This document shows, piece by piece, positions 1 through 8,236 of a DNA stretch of 64,000 nucleotides. The stretch is from Acidobacteriota bacterium (GTDB lineage Bacteria > Acidobacteriota > Thermoanaerobaculia > Multivoradales > UBA5704). The notes below the pieces were generated by a model, which did no database searches, was not told where the DNA came from, and worked only from the letters and a program-made list of their open reading frames with translations. Numbering within the stretch: the first letter of the stretch is position 1; each line of letters opens with the position of its first letter. A program made the position numbers and the translations under genes. The DNA lies in contig JBDTZG010000001.1 of NCBI GenBank assembly GCA_040005235.1, forward strand, positions 64,001-128,000. Reading direction: 5' to 3'.

Positions 1-193
1 ATTCCGAGCCGTAGCAAAAGACCGGATGTTTGCCGTGCTCCAGGATGTCGAGCCCGATCAGCGAGATGATCGACTGGTCGGAGCTGAACGGCACCCGGCC
101 GCGCAGCTCAAAAGCGACGATCGAGGTGCTCGCGGCGAGCACGAGCATCAGGGCGGCGATCGCCGGGCGAAGCGGGCGCAGAGGAGAATTCAA
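1..193 (-). CDS. 5' part of a GT-C/ArnT-like membrane glycosyltransferase (runs off the window)
   Basis: Manual translation from TTG at 193: LNSPLRPLRPAIAALMLVLAASTSIVAFELRGRVPFSSDQSIISLIGLDILEHGKHPVFCYGSE. A TM helix is followed by a D..I..L...IL..G.HPVF.YG motif typical of GT-C N-termini. Confidence 0.55.
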   Translation of the reverse strand, partial: MNSPLRPLRPAIAALMLVLAASTSIVAFELRGRVPFSSDQSIISLIGLDILEHGKHPVFCYGSE

Positions 194-244
194 GGTCGGC
201 CGGATTTGATCGTTTAGGGAAGCCTAGCGGCAAGCCCGGAACGC

Positions 245-282
245 AAAAAGGCCGCCCGGCGCGGTAGATCGCCAAGCGGCCT
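245..282 (-). terminator. intrinsic terminator of the 316..774 gene
   Basis: Minus-strand hairpin AGGCCGC...GCGGCCT followed by a T-run. Confidence 0.6.
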
Positions 283-315
283 CATTGCCGCGAACCGGCG
301 CGCCGCGGGAATGCG

Positions 316-774
316 CTACTGGAAGTAGCCGGTGGCGTCGAGGACGACATGCGTCGTCGCCGTGCCGCCGCCGATGCCGTAGACCGCGCGCAAATCCGGC
401 GTGGTCGCCTTGAGCGGCACGATCGCACCGTTGCCGAGGGCGGGCTCGCCCGCGTTGAACGTGAGCGTCGCGACCAGCGGCGGGCTGGCGAGGTTCGAGG
501 GATACAGGGTGAGGAAGCCGGTCTGGGTCGGACCGACGACCGTGACGTTGACCACCACCGCGGCCGCCCCGGAGGGGATGCCACAGACGCCCTGGACCGT
601 AAAGTCGCGCGTGGCGCCGGCGGTCATGATCCCGCCGAAGCCGGAGCGGGTGTCCGCGATGCGGCAGGGCGAGATCGCGTGAAATTGAAAGGGACCGGTC
701 TGCGCCGACGCCGAAAGACTTGCGGCGAACATGCCAGCAGCCAAGAGGATTTTGCCGAATCGCGATGTGATCAT
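316..774 (-). CDS. secreted protein made of a single 'PCR..DTR...HVVLD..GYF' beta domain
   Basis: AAAAGGAG RBS 5 nt before ATG 774, signal peptide MITSRFGKILLAAGMFAASLSASA, and the same domain as the C-terminus of 62381..63664. Confidence 0.8.
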   Translation of the reverse strand: MITSRFGKILLAAGMFAASLSASAQTGPFQFHAISPCRIADTRSGFGGIMTAGATRDFTVQGVCGIPSGAAAVVVNVTVVGPTQTGFLTLYPSNLASPPLVATLTFNAGEPALGNGAIVPLKATTPDLRAVYGIGGGTATTHVVLDATGYFQ

Positions 775-823
775 GACCACTCCTTTTGAACACCCAGAAG
801 GTATCACCAGCGGGCTATAAGCG

Positions 824-2119
824 TCAATCGACTTTATCCCTGAGGCTAGAGGGAAGGGGCATTCCGGCGTTTTTACACCCCCCGGAGCTTCCGAGGTGGC
901 AAGCCTTGCGGTAAAGCTCCTGGGCACGTTCGCTGTCGCCCGGCTCGATCAGGATACCAAGATTATTGCACGCCGCGCCAACCTCACGGCCACACGCCGT
1001 TTCGAACTGTTCGATCGCCCGCCGCGCATCTTTCTCAACACCCCGGCCGTCGCGCAGGAATATGCCGGAATTCAGGCACCCGAGCGGGTCGCCGACGGTG
1101 CAGGGGTCGCCCGCGCAAGCCCGTTCGTAGAGCTTCGCGGCGCGCTCGGGGTTGGCGATCACGCCGATGCCATGGTCGTAGAGGTACCCCAGGTTGGTGC
1201 AGGCCTGGGGGTAGCCCCCCTCGCAGCCGTGGACGTAGCCGAGCAGCATGCGGGCGTCGTTCCGCGGCACGCCGCGTTGTTTTTCGTAGTTGAGGCCGAC
1301 GTTGAAGCAGCCGGCCGGGTCGCCGCCATCGCAGGCGATCTCGTAAAGCCCGGTCGCGCGGCCATCGTCCTGCGTCACGCCGCGGCCCGTCGAGTACAGC
1401 AGGCCCAGATGGGCGCAGGCCGAAGAGAAACCGCCGTCGCACCCCTTTTTCGCCATCTCGGCGGCCCGCTCGGAGTCTTTCTCGGTCCAAGCTTCGCCGG
1501 CCGGATGCCGTTCGAGCAGGTTGCCGGCCAGCTCCGAGCAGCCGGAGGCATCGTCCCCTTGGCAGGCTTGTTCGTAGAGCGCCAAAGCGGCTTCGACCTC
1601 CGAGCCCGAGGTGCTCGATTTGATCCGCCGCCGGCCCAGCTCGGCGCAGGCGTCCGCCTTCCCCTCGCGGCAACGCCGATCGAAGAAGGATTCGCCGTCG
1701 ATCGGCTCGATCTCTATCGTTTCAGTTGATCCCCCAGATCGGACCAGATCGATCGCTACTTTTCGGCCGACCGGCAACCGGTCGATCCGGCGCTCCAGCT
1801 CGCAGGCGGAGGCCACCGTTTGGCCGGCGACGCCGACGATCCGGTCGCCGGCCCGCCAGCCGGCGAGGAAAGCAGGGCTTCCTTCGATCGTGGTCTCGAC
1901 CTCCGCGCCCGGTTCTTCGGCCGGCCACGACAGGTCATCGGGGTGCCGCGGTCGGGCATTGCGGAACGTCGCGCCCAGGCTCGTCCGGGAAATGTTCGGC
2001 GTGGCCCTGCGCGGCTTTGGGCACCAAAGCGCGAGCAGAAAGATGCTAACCAGACTGGTCGCGCCGAGCCACAGGAGGTAACGGGGAACCTTCCCCCTCT
2101 GCCGCTCCTGCACGGTCAC
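824..2119 (-). CDS. membrane-anchored PDZ + Sel1-like repeat protein
   Basis: GTGA overlap with the upstream stop, N-terminal TM, PDZ motif GSPAFLAGWRAGDRIV, and many Cys-rich Sel1 repeats (ACxxLGxxYxxGxGV). Confidence 0.85.
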   Translation of the reverse strand: MTVQERQRGKVPRYLLWLGATSLVSIFLLALWCPKPRRATPNISRTSLGATFRNARPRHPDDLSWPAEEPGAEVETTIEGSPAFLAGWRAGDRIVGVAGQTVASACELERRIDRLPVGRKVAIDLVRSGGSTETIEIEPIDGESFFDRRCREGKADACAELGRRRIKSSTSGSEVEAALALYEQACQGDDASGCSELAGNLLERHPAGEAWTEKDSERAAEMAKKGCDGGFSSACAHLGLLYSTGRGVTQDDGRATGLYEIACDGGDPAGCFNVGLNYEKQRGVPRNDARMLLGYVHGCEGGYPQACTNLGYLYDHGIGVIANPERAAKLYERACAGDPCTVGDPLGCLNSGIFLRDGRGVEKDARRAIEQFETACGREVGAACNNLGILIEPGDSERAQELYRKACHLGSSGGCKNAGMPLPSSLRDKVD

Positions 2120-3096
2120 GGTGCCGGGGTTCCAGAATCCTGTGGCTGCGGCGGCGCCGCTTTCGGCGGGCGATTTGCCCGCACTCGGCGCCAGAGCTTG
2201 CGCAGTAGAAACAGGGCGAGCCAAATCACGAACAGCACGGGCACGCCGACGATCAGAACGAAGATCAGGAAATCCCCCAGGCCACGGAGGAAATTGACCA
2301 GGGTCCGGATGCTGTCGCGCACCCGATCGCCCGGCTGCCATCCGTCGCCGGTGACCGGCCGCGCGGAGGAAACCGGCGAGATCTGCACCTGAAGCGTCGA
2401 ATAGGCGACCTGGCGGTCGAGGCCGACCACCTGCGCGCCGATCTGCTCGATCTGGGTGCGGATCTCGGTCAGCTCGCGGAAGATCGCCATGATCTCCTCG
2501 ACCTTCCGCGCCTTGGCCCGCGACTCGGCGAGCAGCGCCTGGAGCTCCGCCTCGGTCGCCCGTAGGGTTTTGAGACGCGCGTCCAAATCGACCAGTTGGT
2601 CGGTGACGTCCTCGGTGTGCAACTGCTCGGAGAGCACCTTGACCGCGAGCCTCTTCACCTCCGCCCGCGCCGCGTCAAGCTTCTCGACCGGGATCCGCAA
2701 AGTCAAAGTGACCTGCATCGCGCCATCTTCCAGGCGGTTCGCACCGACGCCGGAAACGTAGCCACCGAGCGTCTCGGCGAGCGTTTGAAGAGTCGTCGAA
2801 ACCTCCTCGGGTTTGCGGACCTCGATCGCCATCTCGATCGTCTTGATCAGCTTGCGCGGCGAAGGCCGCGGAGCGGCGGGTGCGGGGGCGTTGGGTTGGG
2901 CGAGCGCGGGCGCGCCGCCCGAGCCCGCTTCCGCCCGGGCCATCTGCGGAGCTACGGATTCCGCGGAATCGGGCGCGCCAATTCCCCCAGAGCCGGTCAT
3001 CCCCTCGCGTTTGGCGCAAGCGACTACGGCGAGAAGGGATGACATGAGGACGCCGATCAGCACACAGCCGGCCCTTTGGGTCGCTCTGGATTTCAT
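2116..3096 (-). CDS. DUF4349 domain lipoprotein
   Basis: Lipobox VVAC, RKLIKT...LTLRIP...EDVTDQLVDLDARL coiled coil, C-terminal TM. Confidence 0.85.
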   Translation of the reverse strand: MKSRATQRAGCVLIGVLMSSLLAVVACAKREGMTGSGGIGAPDSAESVAPQMARAEAGSGGAPALAQPNAPAPAAPRPSPRKLIKTIEMAIEVRKPEEVSTTLQTLAETLGGYVSGVGANRLEDGAMQVTLTLRIPVEKLDAARAEVKRLAVKVLSEQLHTEDVTDQLVDLDARLKTLRATEAELQALLAESRAKARKVEEIMAIFRELTEIRTQIEQIGAQVVGLDRQVAYSTLQVQISPVSSARPVTGDGWQPGDRVRDSIRTLVNFLRGLGDFLIFVLIVGVPVLFVIWLALFLLRKLWRRVRANRPPKAAPPQPQDSGTPAP

Positions 3097-3123
3097 GGCG
3101 GCAAGACTAACCCAGGCGGGCGG

Positions 3124-3618
3124 TCAAGTCTTGGACTCCGAGCCAAGAGCCGCCGTCGCGGCTCGACGAGGTTTCGCCCGGATTGTCGGCGGATCGGCTT
3201 TTTCGCCGAGTGAGTTGGTCCCCGCAGGCGCCAGCTTTTGTGGGCGTGGTTTCCGGGCGACCGGCACGATCGGCTCGACCGAGACCCGCACCTTGGCGCC
3301 GACCGCGAAAGCGAGTTTTGCGAGGCTGTAGAGGGTGAAATTCGCGTTGCCGCCGAGTACCTTTGTGACATACGCCTTCGAGGTCCCGAGTCGCCGCGCC
3401 AGCTCGGCGCGCGAGACCTTCTCCTCCTCCATCCGCGCCCAGAGGGCCTCGGTGAACTCGACGATCGCGCCCTCAGCCCAGTACTCGACGCTCTGTTCGG
3501 CCTCCTCGAACATTTTTCGGTAGCGGTCCAAGTTATCTTTCAATGCTTTCACGGTGACCGCGTGGTCGATCACGGCAAGAACATCCCAGGTTTCACGAGC
3601 GAGTCTCAGAACTCTCAC
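3124..3618 (-). CDS. XRE-family HTH protein (HigA-like antitoxin); the N-terminal ~20 aa may be a toxin remnant
   Basis: HTH VSRAELARRLGTSKAYVTKVLGGNANFTLYSL; GGAG RBS before GTG 3618; lower GC than flanks. Confidence 0.7.
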   Translation of the reverse strand: MRVLRLARETWDVLAVIDHAVTVKALKDNLDRYRKMFEEAEQSVEYWAEGAIVEFTEALWARMEEEKVSRAELARRLGTSKAYVTKVLGGNANFTLYSLAKLAFAVGAKVRVSVEPIVPVARKPRPQKLAPAGTNSLGEKADPPTIRAKPRRAATAALGSESKT

Positions 3619-3642
3619 GTTAATCTCCAGGTTAACTCGCTG

Positions 3643-5172
3643 TCAACCTCGTACCATCCGGCGATCGAGGCTTCGGTACTGAATCGCTTCGGCCAGGTGG
3701 ACGGGTTGGATCGGGCCGCCGCCCTCTAGGTCGGCGATGGTGCGGGAGACTTTGAGCACCCGGTCGAGGGCGCGGGCGGAGAGGCCGAGGCGCTCGAAGG
3801 CGGCTTCGAGCAGGGCGCGTCCTTCGGTCGTGGTGGTGCAGAAGCGGCGCAGCTCCTGGGTGTTCATCGCGGCGTTGATCGGCGAAGGGGACTCCGGGCC
3901 GAAACGGGCGGCCTGCTGCTCTCGGGCACGGCCGATCCGGGCGGCGACGTCCGCCGTGGTTTCGCCGCTCGTGCCGCGCAGATCCTTCAACGAGACCGCA
4001 GGTACCTCGACATGGAGGTCGATCCGGTCGAGCAACGGACCGGACACTCGCGCGCGATAGCGCTCGACCATCGGCGGCGGACAGCGGCAGTCGTAACGGG
4101 GATCGCCCAGATGCCCGCAGGGGCACGGATTCATCGCGGCGAGCAACGCGAAACGGGCGGGGAAGGTGAAGCGAGCCCGGGCTCGCACGACGCTCACCAG
4201 GCCCTCTTCGAGCGGCTGGCGCAGAGCTTCGAGCGTGTCGCGGCGAAACTCCGGCAACTCATCCAGAAACAGCACGCCGTTGTGCGCCAGGCTCGCCTCG
4301 CCCGGGCGCGGCGAGGGTCCGCCGCCGATCATGCCGACCGTCGAGGTTCCCGTATGCGGGCTACGGAACGGCCGTTCGAGCACCAGGCCGGCGGGAGGTT
4401 CCTCGGCCGCGAGCGACCAGATCTTCGTCACCTCGATCGCTTCGGCCAGGGCGAGCTGGGGGAGCAAGCCCGGCAGTCGGCGGGCGAGCATCGTCTTGCC
4501 CGAGCCCGGAGGACCCAGGAACAGCAGGTTGTGGCCGCCGGCCGCTGCGATCTCAAGCGCCCGCTTCGCTCCCGTCTGGCCGCGCACATCCGAGAGGTCC
4601 GGTCTTTTCTTGGTGCCGGTCGAAAAAACAACCTCGCGCGGCGACGCGCGGACCAGCGGCACGCTGCCGAGCGCGTGGTCGATCGCTTCCACCAGGTGGG
4701 CGACGCCGAACACCGGAATGGCGCCGAGCGCCGCGGCCTCCGGGCCGTTCGCGGCCGGCAGGATCACTTCGGCGAGCCCCAGCCGGGCGGCGAGGTCTGC
4801 CACCGCCAGGCCCCCACGCACCGAGCGGACGGTGCCGTCCAGGCCCAGCTCGCCGCAAAACAGGCGGCCGTTCAAGTTCTCTTCCGAGATCTGGCCGTAC
4901 GCCGCAAGCAGGGCGAGCGCGATCGCGAGGTCGAGGTGGTTCCCCTCTTTGCGCAGATCGGCGGGGGCAAGGTTCACTACGATCGACTTCGGCGGCAGGT
5001 CGAAGCCGCAATTTTTGAGCGCCCTCTGGACCCGTTCGCGGCTCTCGCGGATGGAGGCATCGGGTAGGCCGACGATTTGGATCTGGGGCAGGCCGTTGTG
5101 GACATCGACTTCGATCTGGACCGGTTGGGCTTCGATCCCCCAAGGGGTGGCTGCGGTGGCGCGGGCGAGCAT
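3643..5172 (-). CDS. comM: YifB/ComM Mg-chelatase-like AAA+ ATPase
   Basis: IVGLPDASIRESRERV, Walker A GPPGSGKT, RPFRSPH, LFLDELPEF, AAMNPCPCG, SGPLLDRID. Confidence 0.95.
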   Translation of the reverse strand: MLARATAATPWGIEAQPVQIEVDVHNGLPQIQIVGLPDASIRESRERVQRALKNCGFDLPPKSIVVNLAPADLRKEGNHLDLAIALALLAAYGQISEENLNGRLFCGELGLDGTVRSVRGGLAVADLAARLGLAEVILPAANGPEAAALGAIPVFGVAHLVEAIDHALGSVPLVRASPREVVFSTGTKKRPDLSDVRGQTGAKRALEIAAAGGHNLLFLGPPGSGKTMLARRLPGLLPQLALAEAIEVTKIWSLAAEEPPAGLVLERPFRSPHTGTSTVGMIGGGPSPRPGEASLAHNGVLFLDELPEFRRDTLEALRQPLEEGLVSVVRARARFTFPARFALLAAMNPCPCGHLGDPRYDCRCPPPMVERYRARVSGPLLDRIDLHVEVPAVSLKDLRGTSGETTADVAARIGRAREQQAARFGPESPSPINAAMNTQELRRFCTTTTEGRALLEAAFERLGLSARALDRVLKVSRTIADLEGGGPIQPVHLAEAIQYRSLDRRMVRG

Positions 5173-5285
5173 GATGAATCTCCTTTCGCCCTTAAAGGAC
5201 GCGAAAGGGGGGTGGACTTCTCGATGGTTTCTGGAAATTCGCCGGATATCATGCGAATCCGGGATCTCATTTCGCCCTTTCCGCC

Positions 5286-6521
5286 ATGAACCTCCTCTTC
5301 GTCGCCACCAAAGCCCCCTGGCCGCCGATCGACGGCGGGCGCCTGCTGCTCGCGCGGACCCTGGAGGCGCTCGCCGCGCTCGGCCATCGGGCGACGCTGG
5401 TGGCGCCGATCGAGGTCGGGGTCGACCGGGCGGCGGTTCAAGCGGCGCTCTCGGCTTGGTGCCGGCCTCGGCTGGTGACCGCGCCTCCCCGCCGGCCGCT
5501 CGCGACGCTCGCTTATGCCTGGGCGCGAAACGAGCCGTTCTCGATCGTTCGCCACGCCCTGCCCGCCGTCCGGCGAGAGGTCGAGCAGGTCCTGTCCGAA
5601 GAGCGGTTCGATCTGATCCACGCCGAGCAGCTCCAGGCGCTGCCGCAGGCCCTGGGCGCCGCCGCGCCGCACGGCATTCCGGTCGTTCTGCGGGCGCAAA
5701 ACGTCGAAAGCGATCTTTGGTTCGCTTCGGCCCACCGGCGCGAGGGGGCGCTCGCCCGTTGGCTGGGAGGAGAAGGGAAGCGGCTGGCCCGATGGGAAGG
5801 GGCGGCGCTCACCCGGGTCGCCGCGACGGTTGCGATCTCCCCTCTCGATGCCGAACGGCTGCGCGCCTTGGGGGGGCCCGAGGCGCGGGTTCACGTGGCG
5901 CCGGTGCCGTTTCCGGTCACCCTGCCGACGCCGGCCGACGCGTTGCCCGGTTCTCCCGCGGTGGTCGTCCTTGGCAGCGGCGGTTGGTTGCCCAACCGCG
6001 ATGGCAGCCGCTGGTTCGTCGAAGAGGTTTGGCCCGCGGTGCGGGCAGCCTGCCCCGACGCTGTTCTTCATCTATTCGGCCAGGAGCTGCCGGAGGTCGC
6101 CGGCAGCATCGTCGCCCATTCCGCCCCGGAGGAAAGCGCCGAGGCGTTCGCGCCCGGAGCGCTCCTCGTGGTGCCGCTGCGCATCGCGTCCGGCGTGCGG
6201 ATGAAGGTACTCGAAGCCTGGGCGCGCGGCCTGCCGGTGGTGGCGACGCCTGAAGCGCTCGCCGGTCTGGATGTCCGGGACGGCCGGGAGGCGCTGGTCG
6301 CCGTCGATCCGAAGACGTTCGCCCGGGCGATCGCCGCGCTTCATCGCGAACCCGAAACGGCGGCCCGTCTGGTCGAAGCGGGGCGCGAGGCGCTCTCTCG
6401 AACCCACGATCCGATCCGCGCCGCGCGCGAGCTGCTCGCGGTCTACGCGAGCGTCATCGGCGGGCGCCACGGCGCGGTGGGGGTAGAATCTCTCCCCGGA
6501 AACGCTTTCGCAAACTCCTAG
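5286..6521 (+). CDS. glycosyltransferase family 4 protein
   Basis: PWPPIDGGR start, QNVES, C-terminal VPLRIASGVRMKVLEAWARGLPVVAT. Confidence 0.9.
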   Translation: MNLLFVATKAPWPPIDGGRLLLARTLEALAALGHRATLVAPIEVGVDRAAVQAALSAWCRPRLVTAPPRRPLATLAYAWARNEPFSIVRHALPAVRREVEQVLSEERFDLIHAEQLQALPQALGAAAPHGIPVVLRAQNVESDLWFASAHRREGALARWLGGEGKRLARWEGAALTRVAATVAISPLDAERLRALGGPEARVHVAPVPFPVTLPTPADALPGSPAVVVLGSGGWLPNRDGSRWFVEEVWPAVRAACPDAVLHLFGQELPEVAGSIVAHSAPEESAEAFAPGALLVVPLRIASGVRMKVLEAWARGLPVVATPEALAGLDVRDGREALVAVDPKTFARAIAALHREPETAARLVEAGREALSRTHDPIRAARELLAVYASVIGGRHGAVGVESLPGNAFANS

Positions 6522-6532
6522 GAGAACATCCC

Positions 6533-7036
6533 ATGCGCCCATTGCCGATCCTCACCCTGCTGTTCGCCACTTTCGCTACGGTCGCATCCTCGCCGGCCGC
6601 GCTCGTTGCCCAGCCGCCGAAAACTCCGCAGACGGAAGGCGCCTATGGCGCTCCCGTCGCCGTCGAAGGAAAGACTCTTACGGTCGCGAGCGCGCTCGAT
6701 CGCGCGGCCGAGCTGAACGGCAAGGCGGTGCGACTCTCGGGCTTCGTCACCGCCGCCTGCCAGGCAAAAGGCTGTTGGATGGCGCTCGCAGCGGGCGATG
6801 GCCGCGAGATGCGGGTCACCTTCCGCGACTACGGCTTCTTCGTGCCGAAGGATCTCCCCGGCGCCACCGTGATCGCCGAAGGGACGCTTGAGGTGCGTGA
6901 GGTCTCGGTGGACGAACAGCGCCATCTCGCGACGGATGCCGGTCTGCCGAAAGCGGAGATCGAAGCGATCCACGCCCCGAAGACCGAGACCGCGCTGGTC
7001 GCCGACGGCGTCCGCGTCATCGCGGCCGCGCCCTAA
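6533..7036 (+). CDS. DUF4920 domain exported protein
   Basis: Signal peptide; CQAKGCWM and VTFRDYGFFVP motifs. Confidence 0.85.
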   Translation: MRPLPILTLLFATFATVASSPAALVAQPPKTPQTEGAYGAPVAVEGKTLTVASALDRAAELNGKAVRLSGFVTAACQAKGCWMALAAGDGREMRVTFRDYGFFVPKDLPGATVIAEGTLEVREVSVDEQRHLATDAGLPKAEIEAIHAPKTETALVADGVRVIAAAP

Positions 7037-7052
7037 GACGAGGAACCCGCCC

Positions 7053-8138
7053 ATGCGCCCGCTCGGCCGGCTTTTCCTGATCCTGGCGTTCGGCCTCTCG
7101 GGGCTCGCCGGTTGCGCCACCGCGCCTCCTCCGGCGCCTACCTCAGCTTCGGCAAAGTCGGAGGCCTTGGTCCAGAGCAATCTGCTCTGCGGTGAGGGTG
7201 CCGCGTTCTTGTCGTTTGAGAAGCTCGGGGTACCGAAGGACGCGCGGCCGGTCAAATTGGTGAAGATCGGTCCGCGGATCTGGATCCTGTTCGAACCGGC
7301 GCGGCTGCTGCGGATCGATCGCCATGGCGAGGCGGCGGACGTCGGCGTGCGGCTGGGTGGCGAGGGTGAGCATTGGTCCTCGCTCGCGCTCGATCCGCTG
7401 GACGGCTCGTTGTGGCTCGCGGCCCAGGACCGCTTGGCGCTCTGGCACTACGAGGCGACGGGCACGTTGCGCACGGTGCCGCTCCAGAAAGTCGAGGGCG
7501 AAGGAGGTTTCTACGACCTCGCTGTTGGCCCGTCGGGTCTTTTCGTCGAGCCGACCGCCGCCGATCATGCGGTCTGGCGGGTGGGGCGCGACGGGAAGGT
7601 GCTCTCGACCGATTTTGCCGTGTTGCCGATCGATCCGGCGCATTTTGATTCTATTGCGGCCCCGGGCGGAAGCACCGGCGGCGAAACCGGCCTTCCCGCG
7701 GGAGAAGTCCGGTTCGAGCACGACGCCGACGGTGCCGTGCTCGCTTGGTTCCCCGCCAAGAACGAGATCTACCGCGCCGACGCCGCGGGGCAGTGGTCGC
7801 CGGTCGATCCGAAGATCTTCTCGACGGGAACCGGCGATCCCGTTCGGGGAATCGACGTCGGAACGAAAAACGAGCATTGGTACGTCAACGGCCGCGGCGC
7901 GCTGTTCTATTGGAAGGGCACTCCGGTGTTCCTCGGTTCGCACTCGATGCTTGAAAAGCAGGGCAAAACGGGCACGGTGTTCCTTTTTCCCGGCGACCGC
8001 GAGCTGTTCGAGACCTGCAACGGCTGGTTCATCTTCGACGTCGCCACCGACGAGTCGGGATACGCCGCGCTCACCAACCGCGGCGTCGTGATCGGCGACT
8101 TCGCGGGCGCGCCCGAGGGCATTCAAACCAAACCGTGA
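7053..8138 (+). CDS. putative lipoprotein, probable beta-propeller
   Basis: GAGGA RBS, lipobox LAGC, propeller-like segments (LALDPLDGSLWLA). Confidence 0.7.
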   Translation: MRPLGRLFLILAFGLSGLAGCATAPPPAPTSASAKSEALVQSNLLCGEGAAFLSFEKLGVPKDARPVKLVKIGPRIWILFEPARLLRIDRHGEAADVGVRLGGEGEHWSSLALDPLDGSLWLAAQDRLALWHYEATGTLRTVPLQKVEGEGGFYDLAVGPSGLFVEPTAADHAVWRVGRDGKVLSTDFAVLPIDPAHFDSIAAPGGSTGGETGLPAGEVRFEHDADGAVLAWFPAKNEIYRADAAGQWSPVDPKIFSTGTGDPVRGIDVGTKNEHWYVNGRGALFYWKGTPVFLGSHSMLEKQGKTGTVFLFPGDRELFETCNGWFIFDVATDESGYAALTNRGVVIGDFAGAPEGIQTKP

Positions 8139-8236
8139 GCCGGAGGGAGATCCACTGCCGAATGGCGATCTTCCTGGAGATCCGCGACGGCAAGATCGCC
8201 CGGCAGCGTAACTACGACTGTTCCGATCCCTGGTGA
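8135..8236 (+). pseudogene. remnant of a SnoaL/NTF2-like gene (start joined to C-terminus)
   Basis: 33-aa ORF MSRREIHCRMAIFLEIRDGKIARQRNYDCSDPW; the end matches the RDG.I.RQRNYDC..PW C-terminus of this NTF2 subfamily. Confidence 0.7.
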
